Below, piece after piece: positions 1 to 8,212 of a stretch of DNA of 64,000 bases (positions are counted from its first letter, which is position 1; each line of letters begins with the position of its first letter). The notes beneath the pieces were generated by a model that did not search any database, was not told the DNA's origin, and was given only the letters and a program-made list of their open reading frames with translations. This DNA is from Alphaproteobacteria bacterium (GTDB taxonomy: Bacteria > Pseudomonadota > Alphaproteobacteria > GCA-2731375), in contig CBDDPY010000002.1 in the NCBI GenBank assembly GCA_965232515.1, forward strand, positions 2,432,001-2,496,000. The letters are read 5' to 3'. The position numbers were made by a program, and so were the translations under genes.

Positions 1-346
1 GCGTCACCATGTTCATGGTCACGCCGTCCAGCATGGCCTTGCGGTCGATCTCGCGGAAGTCGCGGAACGGCGGGCCGCCGTTGTTATTGACCAAAATATC
101 CGGCGCCGGACAGGCCTCGAGCAGCCGCGCCTGGCCCTCCGGCGTGCCGACGTCGGCGGCGACCGCCGTCACCTCGGCGCCGGTGGCGCGCACGATCTCG
201 TCGGCCGTGGCCGCCAGCACGGTCTCGTCTCGGCCGTTGATGGTGACGGCCGCCCCGGCCCGGCCGAGCGACATGGCGCAGGCCTTGCCCAGTCCCCGGC
301 TCGAGGCGCAGACGATCGCCTTCTTTCCGCTGATCCCCAGATCCAT
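1..346 (-). CDS. SDR family oxidoreductase, 5' part (truncated by window edge)
   Basis: Manual translation from ATG at 346: MDLGISGKKAIVCASSRGLGKACAMSLGRAGAAVTINGRD...PDILVNNNGGPP, an SDR Rossmann N-terminus. Not in the ORF track because the stop lies outside the window. Confidence 0.85.
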   Translation of the reverse strand, partial: MDLGISGKKAIVCASSRGLGKACAMSLGRAGAAVTINGRDETVLAATADEIVRATGAEVTAVAADVGTPEGQARLLEACPAPDILVNNNGGPPFRDFREIDRKAMLDGVTMNMVT

Positions 347-403
347 CGGTGTTCTCCCAAAGTGCCGCCCCCGGGCTAGCCTACCGTAAATCGGTGATTG
401 CGT

Positions 404-841
404 TTAGCTCTCGTCTGTGCGCGCGATCAGCGTGCGCAGGATACGCTTCAACGTCGCCGCCTCATCCCCGTCATAGCCGGCCAGCACACCCGTCTCATGC
501 CGCTTGGCCTGCGGCAACAGCTTGCGCACCAGCGCCTCGCCGCGACCGGCGATGGCGACGACGACCTTGCGGCCATCCTGTCCGTGCGGTTGGCGCCGGA
601 CCAGGTCCTCGCGCGCCATGCGATCAATCAGCTTGGTCAGCGTCGGCTGCTGGATCAGGGTGATCTCGGCCAGGTCGCCGATCGTGCGCGGGCCGTCGTT
701 CAGTGTCGCCAGCACCCGCCATTGCGGCACCGGCACGCCCTGCGCCTTGATCACCTGGTGGAACTGCCGGCTGGCCTGATGGCTGGCGCGCGCCAACAGA
801 TAGAGCAGATAGTCGTCGATGAAGGCCTTGCCGGCTGCCAT
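404..841 (-). CDS. MarR family transcriptional regulator
   Basis: YLLYLLARAS, QWRVLATL, QPTLTKLIDRM, DGRKVVV: winged-helix MarR pattern; divergent from a catabolic operon. Confidence 0.9.
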   Translation of the reverse strand: MAAGKAFIDDYLLYLLARASHQASRQFHQVIKAQGVPVPQWRVLATLNDGPRTIGDLAEITLIQQPTLTKLIDRMAREDLVRRQPHGQDGRKVVVAIAGRGEALVRKLLPQAKRHETGVLAGYDGDEAATLKRILRTLIARTDES

Positions 842-860
842 GCTGAATCATAGCGGAAAT

Positions 861-880
861 TTATATGACTTTTCATATAA
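861..880. promoter_or_regulatory. Palindromic operator TTATATGA-CTTT-TCATATAA, probable MarR site
   Basis: Perfect 8-4-8 inverted repeat in the 89-bp gap between divergent marR and the nicX-like operon. Confidence 0.7.
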
Positions 881-930
881 TTTTTTGAATGCTAGGCTCT
901 TCCATCGACCGGTAATGGGGACCGACGACC

Positions 931-1977
931 ATGCTGCAGGAACGCATCGAGGCGAAGTGGATCGACTGCTTCGCGGCCGTGTTCGAGAAGTGCGCGGTGC
1001 AGGAGGGCGAGATCGTCGCCATCCTCTCCGAAACCCAGTCCCGGCCGGTGAACGTCAATCTGGCCGAGCTCGCCCTGCAGCGTCTCGGCGCCAAGCCGTT
1101 CCACGTCGTGCTGCCGACGCCGCCGCAATCTGTGCCGGTGCCGATCCGCTCGACCGGGGCCAGCGATGTGATCCAGGGAGTCGCGCCCGTGATCTCGGCG
1201 CTGGGCGGCGCCGGCTTCGTCGTCGACTGCACGGTCGAGGGCCTGCTACACGCGCCCGAGCTGCCGGCGATCCTGAAGGCCGGCGCCCGGGTGCTGATGA
1301 TCTCGAACGAGCACCCCGAAGCGCTCGAACGCCTGGCCCCGACGGAAGACCTGGAGGCCAAGACCAAAACCGGCATTAAGATGCTGCGCGACGCCGGCGC
1401 GATGACCGTCAGCTCGCCCGGCGGCACCGAATTGCGGATCGATCTCGACGGCGCTGTCGCCGGTGGCGGCTGGGGCTATACCAAACGCGGCGGCACGATC
1501 ACCCACTGGCCGGGCGGTCTGTGCCTTTGCTTTCCAAAGGCCGGCTCGGTCAACGGCAAGCTGGTGCTCGACCGCGGCGACGTGAACCTGACCTTCAAGC
1601 GCTATGTCGAGAGCCCGATCACGCTGTCGATCGAAAACGACTATGTCACCGACATCGCCGGCGACGGCGTCGACGCCGACCTCATGCGCAGCTATTTCGC
1701 CGCCTGGGGCGACGACGAAGCCTATGCCGTCAGCCATGTCGGCTGGGGCATGAATCCGGGCGCGCGCTGGGACGCCATGACCATGTACGACCGCAACGAC
1801 TTCAACGGCACGGAGCTGCGCGCGTTCGCCGGCAATTTCCTCTATTCGACCGGCGCCAACGAGGTCGCCGGCCGCCACACGTTGGGCCACTTCGACCTGC
1901 CGCTCAGGCGCTGCACGGTGACGCTCGACAACACCGTCGTGGTCGACAACGGCGTGCTGCAGGGAGAACTGGCGTGA
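931..1977 (+). CDS. NicX-like (peptidase M29 fold) protein, putative dihydroxypyridine ring-cleavage dioxygenase
   Basis: ILSETQS, HWPGG, GDVNLTFKRY, SHVGWGMN and GHFDLP motifs; retains the His/His/Asp metal-ligand pattern of 2,5-dihydroxypyridine 5,6-dioxygenase NicX. Confidence 0.75.
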   Translation: MLQERIEAKWIDCFAAVFEKCAVQEGEIVAILSETQSRPVNVNLAELALQRLGAKPFHVVLPTPPQSVPVPIRSTGASDVIQGVAPVISALGGAGFVVDCTVEGLLHAPELPAILKAGARVLMISNEHPEALERLAPTEDLEAKTKTGIKMLRDAGAMTVSSPGGTELRIDLDGAVAGGGWGYTKRGGTITHWPGGLCLCFPKAGSVNGKLVLDRGDVNLTFKRYVESPITLSIENDYVTDIAGDGVDADLMRSYFAAWGDDEAYAVSHVGWGMNPGARWDAMTMYDRNDFNGTELRAFAGNFLYSTGANEVAGRHTLGHFDLPLRRCTVTLDNTVVVDNGVLQGELA

Positions 1978-2744
1978 TCCCCGCCTATAAGGACGCCGGC
2001 AACGGACAAGCGCTCGTCTTCCTGCACGGCATCGGCGGTAACAAGGAGAGCTTCGACGACCAGCTCGACGCCTTCGCCGACCGCTGGCAGGCGATTTCCT
2101 GGGACATGCCGGGCTACGGCGGCTCGGCCCTACCGCCTGAGCTGACCTGGCCGGTGCTGGCCGACGCGCTCGCGGCCCTACTCGATCACTTGAATCACCA
2201 GAAAGCCGTCATTGTCGGTCATTCCATGGGCGGCATGGTGGCGCAGGAGTTCGTTACCAGGTATCCCGATCGGACCTCGGCCCTGGTGCTTTCCGGCACC
2301 AGCCCCGCGTTTGGCAAGCCCGGCGGTGACTGGCAGCAGAAGTTCCTCGATGCCCGCCTGGCGCCAGTCGAGCGCGGCCTCACGCCGGCCGACATCGCCG
2401 ATGAGCTGGTCGCCGGCATGTTCGGCGATGATCCCGATCCCGCCGCCATGCGCCGCGCCGCCGCCTGCATGGCCGAGGTAGGACCCGAGACCTACCGTGC
2501 CGCTCTGCAGTGCCTCGTCACCTTCGACCGCCGCGACGCGCTCGGTCAGATCAGCTGCCCGACCCTGGTGCTGGCCGGCGAGAAGGACGGCAACGCGCCG
2601 GCGGCGATGATGGAGAAGATGGCCGCGAAGATCCCGGGCGCCCGCTATCACTGCATGCCGGGACTGGGCCACTTGGCCAATTTCGAGCGCCCCGACGTGT
2701 TCAATGCGGCGATCGCCGACTTTCTTTCTGATCTGGAGGCCTGA
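1974..2744 (+). CDS. Alpha/beta hydrolase (enol-lactonase/deformylase-like)
   Basis: GTG start overlaps the upstream TGA (GTGA); FLHGIGG oxyanion motif, GHSMGG nucleophile elbow, GHLANFE catalytic His. Confidence 0.88.
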   Translation: MIPAYKDAGNGQALVFLHGIGGNKESFDDQLDAFADRWQAISWDMPGYGGSALPPELTWPVLADALAALLDHLNHQKAVIVGHSMGGMVAQEFVTRYPDRTSALVLSGTSPAFGKPGGDWQQKFLDARLAPVERGLTPADIADELVAGMFGDDPDPAAMRRAAACMAEVGPETYRAALQCLVTFDRRDALGQISCPTLVLAGEKDGNAPAAMMEKMAAKIPGARYHCMPGLGHLANFERPDVFNAAIADFLSDLEA

Positions 2745-2745
2745 G

Positions 2746-3963
2746 ATGGACCTGCCGATGACCGACCGTCAGCGCGAGCTCGTGGGCATCGCCCGCGAGT
2801 TGGGCCGCGACAAGTTCGCAGCCCGGGCGGCGAGATACGACGACGAGGCGAGCTTCCCGTTCGAGAACTACGACGATTTGCGCGCGGCCGGCTTTCTCGG
2901 CCTGACCGTGCCCAGCCAGTATGGCGGGCTCGGCGCCGATTACACCGATTACATGCTGGTCGGGGCCGAGATCGGCCGCTGGTGCGGCGCCACCGCGCTG
3001 ACCTTCAACATGCATACCTGCACCATGCTCTGGTCCAGCCAGATGGCCGACGATCTGCAGATGACCGACGAGCAGCGCGAACGCCACGAAAGCCGTCGCG
3101 CCGGCATCTACCGCAAGGTCGTCGAGGACGGCGCGCTCTTCGCGCAGCCCTTCTCCGAGCCGAACAGCGCCGCGGCCGCCGGCAAGGCGCCCTTCGGCAC
3201 CACGGCGCGCAAGACCGACGGCGGCTGGCTGGTGAACGGCCGCAAGCACTTCGCCTCGCTCTCGGGCGCGGCCGACTACTACGGCGTGCTCTGCACCGAG
3301 GATCGCGAGGACGCGCCCGCCAACGTCAAGGACACGCTCTACCTCGCCGTGCCGGGAAACGCCGACGGCTTCCAGATCACCGGCACCTGGGACCCGGTCG
3401 GCATGCGCGGCACGGTTTCGCGCAACCTCGAGCTCGACGACGTCTTCGTGCCGGATGACCACCAGCTGATGCCGCGCGGCCTCTACTATCAGGCCGCGCT
3501 CTCCTGGCCACATATGTTCATGACCCTGTCGCCGACCTACATGGGCATCGCCCAGGCCGCCTTCGATTTCACCGTCGGCTATCTGCGCGGCGAGCTGCCG
3601 GGCGTGCCGAAGTCGAAGGCGCGCGCCGTGCCGACCAAGCAGTACGCCGTCGCCGAGATGCGCATCAAGCTGGAGCAGGCGAAAGCACTCTGGCACCGCG
3701 CGATCAGCGAGGCCGGCGTCAACCCGACCAAGGATTCGCGGCTGCGCGCCTATACGGCGCAATACACGGTGATGGAATACGCCAACGACATCTGTCGCCT
3801 GGCGATCCGCACCTGCGGCGGCCGCTCGATTATGAAGGCCCTGCCGTTGGAGCGGCTTTACCGCGACAGTCGCTGCGGCTCGCTGATGTTGCCCTGGACG
3901 GCCGAGATCTGCATGGAGCGCCTCGGCCGCGAGAGCCTCTACGAGCCGGGCGAGACCGACTAG
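2746..3963 (+). CDS. Acyl-CoA dehydrogenase family protein
   Basis: FPFENYDDL, NGRKHFAS, WDPVGMRGTVS, LERLYRDSRCG motifs. Confidence 0.9.
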   Translation: MDLPMTDRQRELVGIARELGRDKFAARAARYDDEASFPFENYDDLRAAGFLGLTVPSQYGGLGADYTDYMLVGAEIGRWCGATALTFNMHTCTMLWSSQMADDLQMTDEQRERHESRRAGIYRKVVEDGALFAQPFSEPNSAAAAGKAPFGTTARKTDGGWLVNGRKHFASLSGAADYYGVLCTEDREDAPANVKDTLYLAVPGNADGFQITGTWDPVGMRGTVSRNLELDDVFVPDDHQLMPRGLYYQAALSWPHMFMTLSPTYMGIAQAAFDFTVGYLRGELPGVPKSKARAVPTKQYAVAEMRIKLEQAKALWHRAISEAGVNPTKDSRLRAYTAQYTVMEYANDICRLAIRTCGGRSIMKALPLERLYRDSRCGSLMLPWTAEICMERLGRESLYEPGETD

Positions 3964-3967
3964 ACGG

Positions 3968-5479
3968 ATGGACATCTCCGGCTGGATTTCGCGGCGCGCC
4001 GACTGGAGCCCGGCCAAGGTCGCCGTCCGCTTCGAGGGCCGCGAGATCACCTATCCCGAGCTCGACGCCGAAATACGCCGCCTGGCGGCCATGCTCGACG
4101 GCGCGCTTGGCGTCAAGTCCGGCGACCGGGTGGCGCATCTCGGCCTCAATGGGCCGGATCTGCTGACCCTGCTGTTCGCCTGCGCCCGCCTTGGCGCCGT
4201 CCTGGTGCCGCTGAACTGGCGTCTGGCGCCGCCCGAGCATCTCTACATCCTGCAGAACTGCACGCCGAAGGCGCTGCTGGTGGAGCCCGAGTTCATCGCC
4301 GCGACGAACGGCATCCGCGACGGCCTCGGCGGCACGCGGCTCGTCGCCTACGGCCCGCCGCAGGACGACTGGGAGAGCTACGACGCGCTGCTGGCTGCCG
4401 CCGGCGACGACGCCAGCCATCCGCGCGCCGGGCTCGAGAGCGCCGTGATGCTGGTCTACACCTCCGGCACCACCGGCCGGCCGAAAGGCGCCGTCCTGAC
4501 GCAAAACGCCCTGTTCTACAACGCCGTCAACGCCATCTCGGCCCAGGACATCACCAGTTCAGACCACGTGCTGACCGTCCTGCCCATGTTCCATGTCGGC
4601 GGCATGAACATCCAGACCACGCCCGTGCTGCATGCCGGCGGGACGGTGACGATCCATCGCCGCTTTGATCCCGGCGCGACGCTGGCGGCCATCAACGACG
4701 ACCGCCCGACATTGTTCCTGAGCGTGCCCGCCCTGATCCAGGCACTGATCACCCACCCCGCCTGGGCAACGACGGATCTCACCAGCCTGCGCCTGGTCGG
4801 CACCGGCTCGTCGACGGTGCCCGAGGCGCTGATCCGCGCCTGGCTCGATCGCGACATTCCCGTAACCCAGGTCTATGGCCTGACCGAGAGCGGGCCCGTC
4901 GCGATCTGCCTGCCCGAGGCGGACTCCATCGCCAGGATCGGCTCCTGCGGCAAGCCCGCCATGCATTGCGACGCCCGCATCGCCGACGACGCGGGCAACG
5001 ACATGCCCGCGGGCGAAACCGGCGAGATCCTGCTGCGCGGCCCCAACCTGCTCAGCCACTACTGGAACGATCCCGCCGCCACTGAGGCCGCCTTCAGCGA
5101 CGGCTGGTTCCATACCGGCGACGTCGGCCACCGGGACGCCGACGGCTACTACTATGTCGACGACCGCAAGAAGGACGTGGTGATCTCGGGCGGCGAGAAC
5201 ATCTATCCGGCCGAGCTGGAGAACGTGCTCGCCGACTGCGCCGACATCGCCGAGTTCGCCGTGGTCGGCCGCGCGGACGAGAAATGGGGCGAGGTCGCCG
5301 TCGCCTGTATCGTGCCGCGCGACGGCAGCACGCTCACATCAGACGACGTGAAGGCGCTCTTCCACGACCGCCTCGCCCGCTACAAGCACCCCCGCGACGT
5401 CGTCTTCATGACCGAACTGCCCCGCAACGTCATGGGCAAGGTCCTCAAATACGAACTCCGCCGACAACTCGCCAAATAG
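3968..5479 (+). CDS. Acyl-CoA synthetase (AMP-binding; fatty/aryl acid-CoA ligase)
   Basis: YTSGTTGRPKG, YGLTE, WFHTGD, SGGENIYPAELE, LPRNVMGK motifs. Confidence 0.93.
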   Translation: MDISGWISRRADWSPAKVAVRFEGREITYPELDAEIRRLAAMLDGALGVKSGDRVAHLGLNGPDLLTLLFACARLGAVLVPLNWRLAPPEHLYILQNCTPKALLVEPEFIAATNGIRDGLGGTRLVAYGPPQDDWESYDALLAAAGDDASHPRAGLESAVMLVYTSGTTGRPKGAVLTQNALFYNAVNAISAQDITSSDHVLTVLPMFHVGGMNIQTTPVLHAGGTVTIHRRFDPGATLAAINDDRPTLFLSVPALIQALITHPAWATTDLTSLRLVGTGSSTVPEALIRAWLDRDIPVTQVYGLTESGPVAICLPEADSIARIGSCGKPAMHCDARIADDAGNDMPAGETGEILLRGPNLLSHYWNDPAATEAAFSDGWFHTGDVGHRDADGYYYVDDRKKDVVISGGENIYPAELENVLADCADIAEFAVVGRADEKWGEVAVACIVPRDGSTLTSDDVKALFHDRLARYKHPRDVVFMTELPRNVMGKVLKYELRRQLAK

Positions 5480-5552
5480 GATAGACGAGTTCTTTATCCG
5501 GGCTACAAGATGGCTCTTCTTTGAGTCTTTGCGTCGGTAAAAGATCGCACGG

Positions 5553-6128
5553 TCATGCACTTCCTTCTTGGACCTTGCGCACGATGTCATGAACGCGACG
5601 CACATCACCGATCCGCTCAAATATGAAGGGATGAGGAGGTCCGATCCAAAAGCCAAACCCCCACGCATAGTCGAAGAGATTGTATCCCCTTCCAAATCGA
5701 ATTGATCCAATCGTCCCGCCGGACAGCTCAGTTTGAAGACTTTCTGTAAGCGGCATCGACTTGACTGATCGTCGGAAGAGTCCTTTTGAAATCAGAGCAC
5801 GTTTGTTGGTAACTGCGTATTCGGTCCGTGATCTAATGGCGGCATCGAGCAATGGCCGACCAAATATTCCAATCACTCCGACTAATATGAAAAGCCCACC
5901 AATTCCCACAAACATTATTGCCGGCGGTCTAAACAACTCACCTATGTCGCCATCTGAACTGGCTAGAAAACTTGATACGACCGTCCATTCCCAAAATATT
6001 GCGACGCCTGTCCAAAAGATCAAAAACAGCGTCACCACGACGTCGAATGGCCGAACTATCAGGCCCTTTGGCGGAGACCCTTGCCACAGGATTTTTTCGT
6101 CCTTATCGGTGAAGCTGTTGACTGGCAC
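5553..6128 (-). CDS. Two-TM membrane protein with C-terminal bacterial PH-like domain, AT-rich
   Basis: EKILWQGSP N-terminus, two hydrophobic helices, TEYAVTNKRALI motif; visibly AT-richer than its neighbours. Confidence 0.7.
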   Translation of the reverse strand: MPVNSFTDKDEKILWQGSPPKGLIVRPFDVVVTLFLIFWTGVAIFWEWTVVSSFLASSDGDIGELFRPPAIMFVGIGGLFILVGVIGIFGRPLLDAAIRSRTEYAVTNKRALISKGLFRRSVKSMPLTESLQTELSGGTIGSIRFGRGYNLFDYAWGFGFWIGPPHPFIFERIGDVRRVHDIVRKVQEGSA

Positions 6129-6231
6129 GAATTCTGATCAAACCGAGAGCAATGCTAGGCCGAAACCGATTAAGCGAAAGAAGGCATCTCAATTCTATCA
6201 TTAGAGGATGGCGCAAGCTAGCAAATGACTA

Positions 6232-6311
6232 CGATTTAATTCCGGTGACAGTAACCATAATTCGCCCGCTCCTCTTTGATAATTATGGTTACTGTCACCG
6301 GAATTAAATCG
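6232..6311. repeat. Perfect 31-bp inverted repeat (REP/MITE-like; may terminate the LysR gene)
   Basis: CGATTTAATTCCGGTGACAGTAACCATAATT (6232-6262) and its exact reverse complement (6281-6311), 18-nt loop. Confidence 0.9.
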
Positions 6312-6330
6312 GCGGCGGGCAAGTGCAGCT

Positions 6331-7248
6331 TCAGCTCGCCTGGGCCAGTTCGCGGGCGGCCTCGTCGCGGGCGGCTTCTTCCAGCAGGAAATCCCGGAAG
6401 GCCACGACCTTGGGCAGGTCGGCGTCGCGCGGCGAATAGACGATGTAATAGGCCGCGTCGAGCTGGACGTTGAGATCGAACGGCGCCGCCAAGCGGCCGG
6501 CGGCAATGTCGTCGGCCAGCAGCACGGTCGAGCCGAGCGCGACGCCATGGCCGGCGATTGCCGCCTCGAGCAGGACGTTGTGGGAATCGAAGGTTGGGCC
6601 GCGGTGGGCGTCCACCTCCGGCGCGCCGGCCGCCGCCAGCCAGCGCGGCCAGTCGTCATAGCCGACATCATGCAGCAGGGTATGGTGACGCAGGTCGGCA
6701 GGCGCGCGGATCGGCTTGTCACCCGACAGCAGCTTCGGGCTGAACAACGGCGTGACATCGGCGCTTTTCAGGAGATGAGAGGTAAGGCCGGGCCAGTCAC
6801 CGCAGCCCCAGCGGATCGCCATGTCGACGTCCTCGCGGTCGAAATCGACGAGATGCGGGGAATGGTGCAGGCGCAGCTCGATCTCGGGATAGCGCTGCCA
6901 GAACCGGCCGAGCCGGGCACCCAGCCACTTCACCCCGATCGACTGTGTCAGGCTGACCGTCAGCACCGCCTGCCGGCTGTCGCTGCGCAGGTATTGCGCC
7001 GTCTCGCCGATACGCGTGAAGGCGTCCGCCACCGCGGTCGCCAGCATCCGGCCCTCCTCGGTCAGCGCCAGCTTGCGGGTCAGGCGCCGGAACAACTGCA
7101 CCCCCAGGTCCTGCTCCAAGGCCTTCACCTGATGGCTGACGGCCGCCTGGGTCACGTTCAATTCGTTCGCCGCGTGGGTGAAGCTCAGGTGCCGGGCCGC
7201 GGCTTCAAAACCCCGCAATGCGTTCAGTGGTGGCAGGTGGGACGCCAT
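6331..7248 (-). CDS. GcvA-like LysR family regulator
   Basis: LPPLNALRGFEAAARHLSFTHAANELNVTQAAVSHQVKALE HTH; VDFDREDVDMAIRWG. Start is 7248 or 7260. Confidence 0.93.
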   Translation of the reverse strand: MASHLPPLNALRGFEAAARHLSFTHAANELNVTQAAVSHQVKALEQDLGVQLFRRLTRKLALTEEGRMLATAVADAFTRIGETAQYLRSDSRQAVLTVSLTQSIGVKWLGARLGRFWQRYPEIELRLHHSPHLVDFDREDVDMAIRWGCGDWPGLTSHLLKSADVTPLFSPKLLSGDKPIRAPADLRHHTLLHDVGYDDWPRWLAAAGAPEVDAHRGPTFDSHNVLLEAAIAGHGVALGSTVLLADDIAAGRLAAPFDLNVQLDAAYYIVYSPRDADLPKVVAFRDFLLEEAARDEAARELAQAS

Positions 7249-7262
7249 CGTCTGCTCCATGC

Positions 7263-7302
7263 ATAACTCTGGCTAATCCATAACATGAAAAACCATCGTT
7301 TG
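7263..7302 (+). promoter_or_regulatory. LysR-type recognition site plus activation site
   Basis: ATAACTCTGGCTAAT (T-N11-A core)-N7-ATGA-N6-ATCGTTTG immediately upstream of the LysR gene. Confidence 0.6.
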
Positions 7303-7391
7303 TCGCGCCGCCTCGAAACCCTTATCTCCCCTGCGCAAAGGGAACCATCCCAAACGAGCCACACCACCCCGGCACTGCCCGGCTGGTTAAA

Positions 7392-7607
7392 ATGGAGTTA
7401 ATGATGCAACGGACCTTTCCGGGCCTCGACTACGCGACCGGGGCCGATCTTCAAGCCGGAGTCATGATCGTTGGCGCGCCCGCCGACGGTCCGGGCCTGC
7501 TGACCATTGCCGCGCGGCCCATCGTGGCGGCGCTGCGGTCGCTGCGACCGTTCGGACAGCAAGAAGGGCAGGTCCCTGTCCGGGAACCCGCCCTGCCGGC
7601 AGCCTGA
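7392..7607 (+). CDS. Small hypothetical protein divergent from the GcvA-like regulator
   Basis: 71-aa ORF at the usual LysR target position; GGAG precedes the ATG ATG at 7401. No family recognised. Confidence 0.45.
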   Translation: MELMMQRTFPGLDYATGADLQAGVMIVGAPADGPGLLTIAARPIVAALRSLRPFGQQEGQVPVREPALPAA

Positions 7608-7621
7608 AACGCTCGGCGCGG

Positions 7622-8095
7622 CTACTCGCCGACGATCCCGGGCCAGTTCTCGTCGGCGGCGACGATCAGGTTGGCCTGATCGCGTTCCCAGCGGCGCTGA
7701 ATGCCCTTGGAATAGTTCAGGTACAGCTTGCCGTCGACCACCTTCCAGGCCCGCGGATCGATGGTCGCGGTGTAGCCCTGGCTGACCGCCCAGGCGCAGT
7801 AGCCGCCGTATTGCGGCGCGTATTTCTCAGGCGCGGCCTGGAACGTGTCGCGGTTCTCGGCGCTGGCGAAGCGGAAGGTCGTGCCGTTCCAGGTCGCGGT
7901 AAACTCATCCGAGCCCTTGGTCGGCTTGCCGGCGGTGAAATAGGCCACCGGGTCGTAGCCGCTGATCGCGGCCTCGCCGCCGTTGGTGTTGACCGGCGAG
8001 ACGGCGAGCGCCGGGAACGCCGCGACGATGACGGCGACGACGATGGCGAAGGCGGCAAGAATCGAGCGATGCCGGCTGACGATAATCGGTGACAT
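7622..8095 (-). CDS. Secreted YHS domain protein (Cys form of the YHS (seleno)protein family)
   Basis: Signal peptide; AISGYDPVAYF, FRFASAENRDTF, KYAPQYGGYCAWAV, VDGKLYLN. Confidence 0.88.
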   Translation of the reverse strand: MSPIIVSRHRSILAAFAIVVAVIVAAFPALAVSPVNTNGGEAAISGYDPVAYFTAGKPTKGSDEFTATWNGTTFRFASAENRDTFQAAPEKYAPQYGGYCAWAVSQGYTATIDPRAWKVVDGKLYLNYSKGIQRRWERDQANLIVAADENWPGIVGE

Positions 8096-8212
8096 GGGCG
8101 GCCCCTTTCCGCTGGTTCCAAATCGATGACCGCTCCCCGCGGTCGCCCTTAGACGTAGGCGCGGCCGGCGCCGGGCAAAGACGCGATCAATCCCTTGTGA
8201 AACGGTGTGATC

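Noticed and set aside
6232-6311. CRISPR array or IS ends
   Set aside because: Only one inverted pair; no spaced direct repeats, cas genes or transposase in the window.
7622-8095. Selenoprotein recoding in the YHS gene
   Set aside because: The GGYC position is a TGC Cys codon and there is no in-frame TGA.
8196-8211. TGTGA-N6-GTGAT upstream of the YHS gene as a CRP box
   Set aside because: The half-sites are direct rather than inverted repeats, so it does not fit TGTGA-N6-TCACA.
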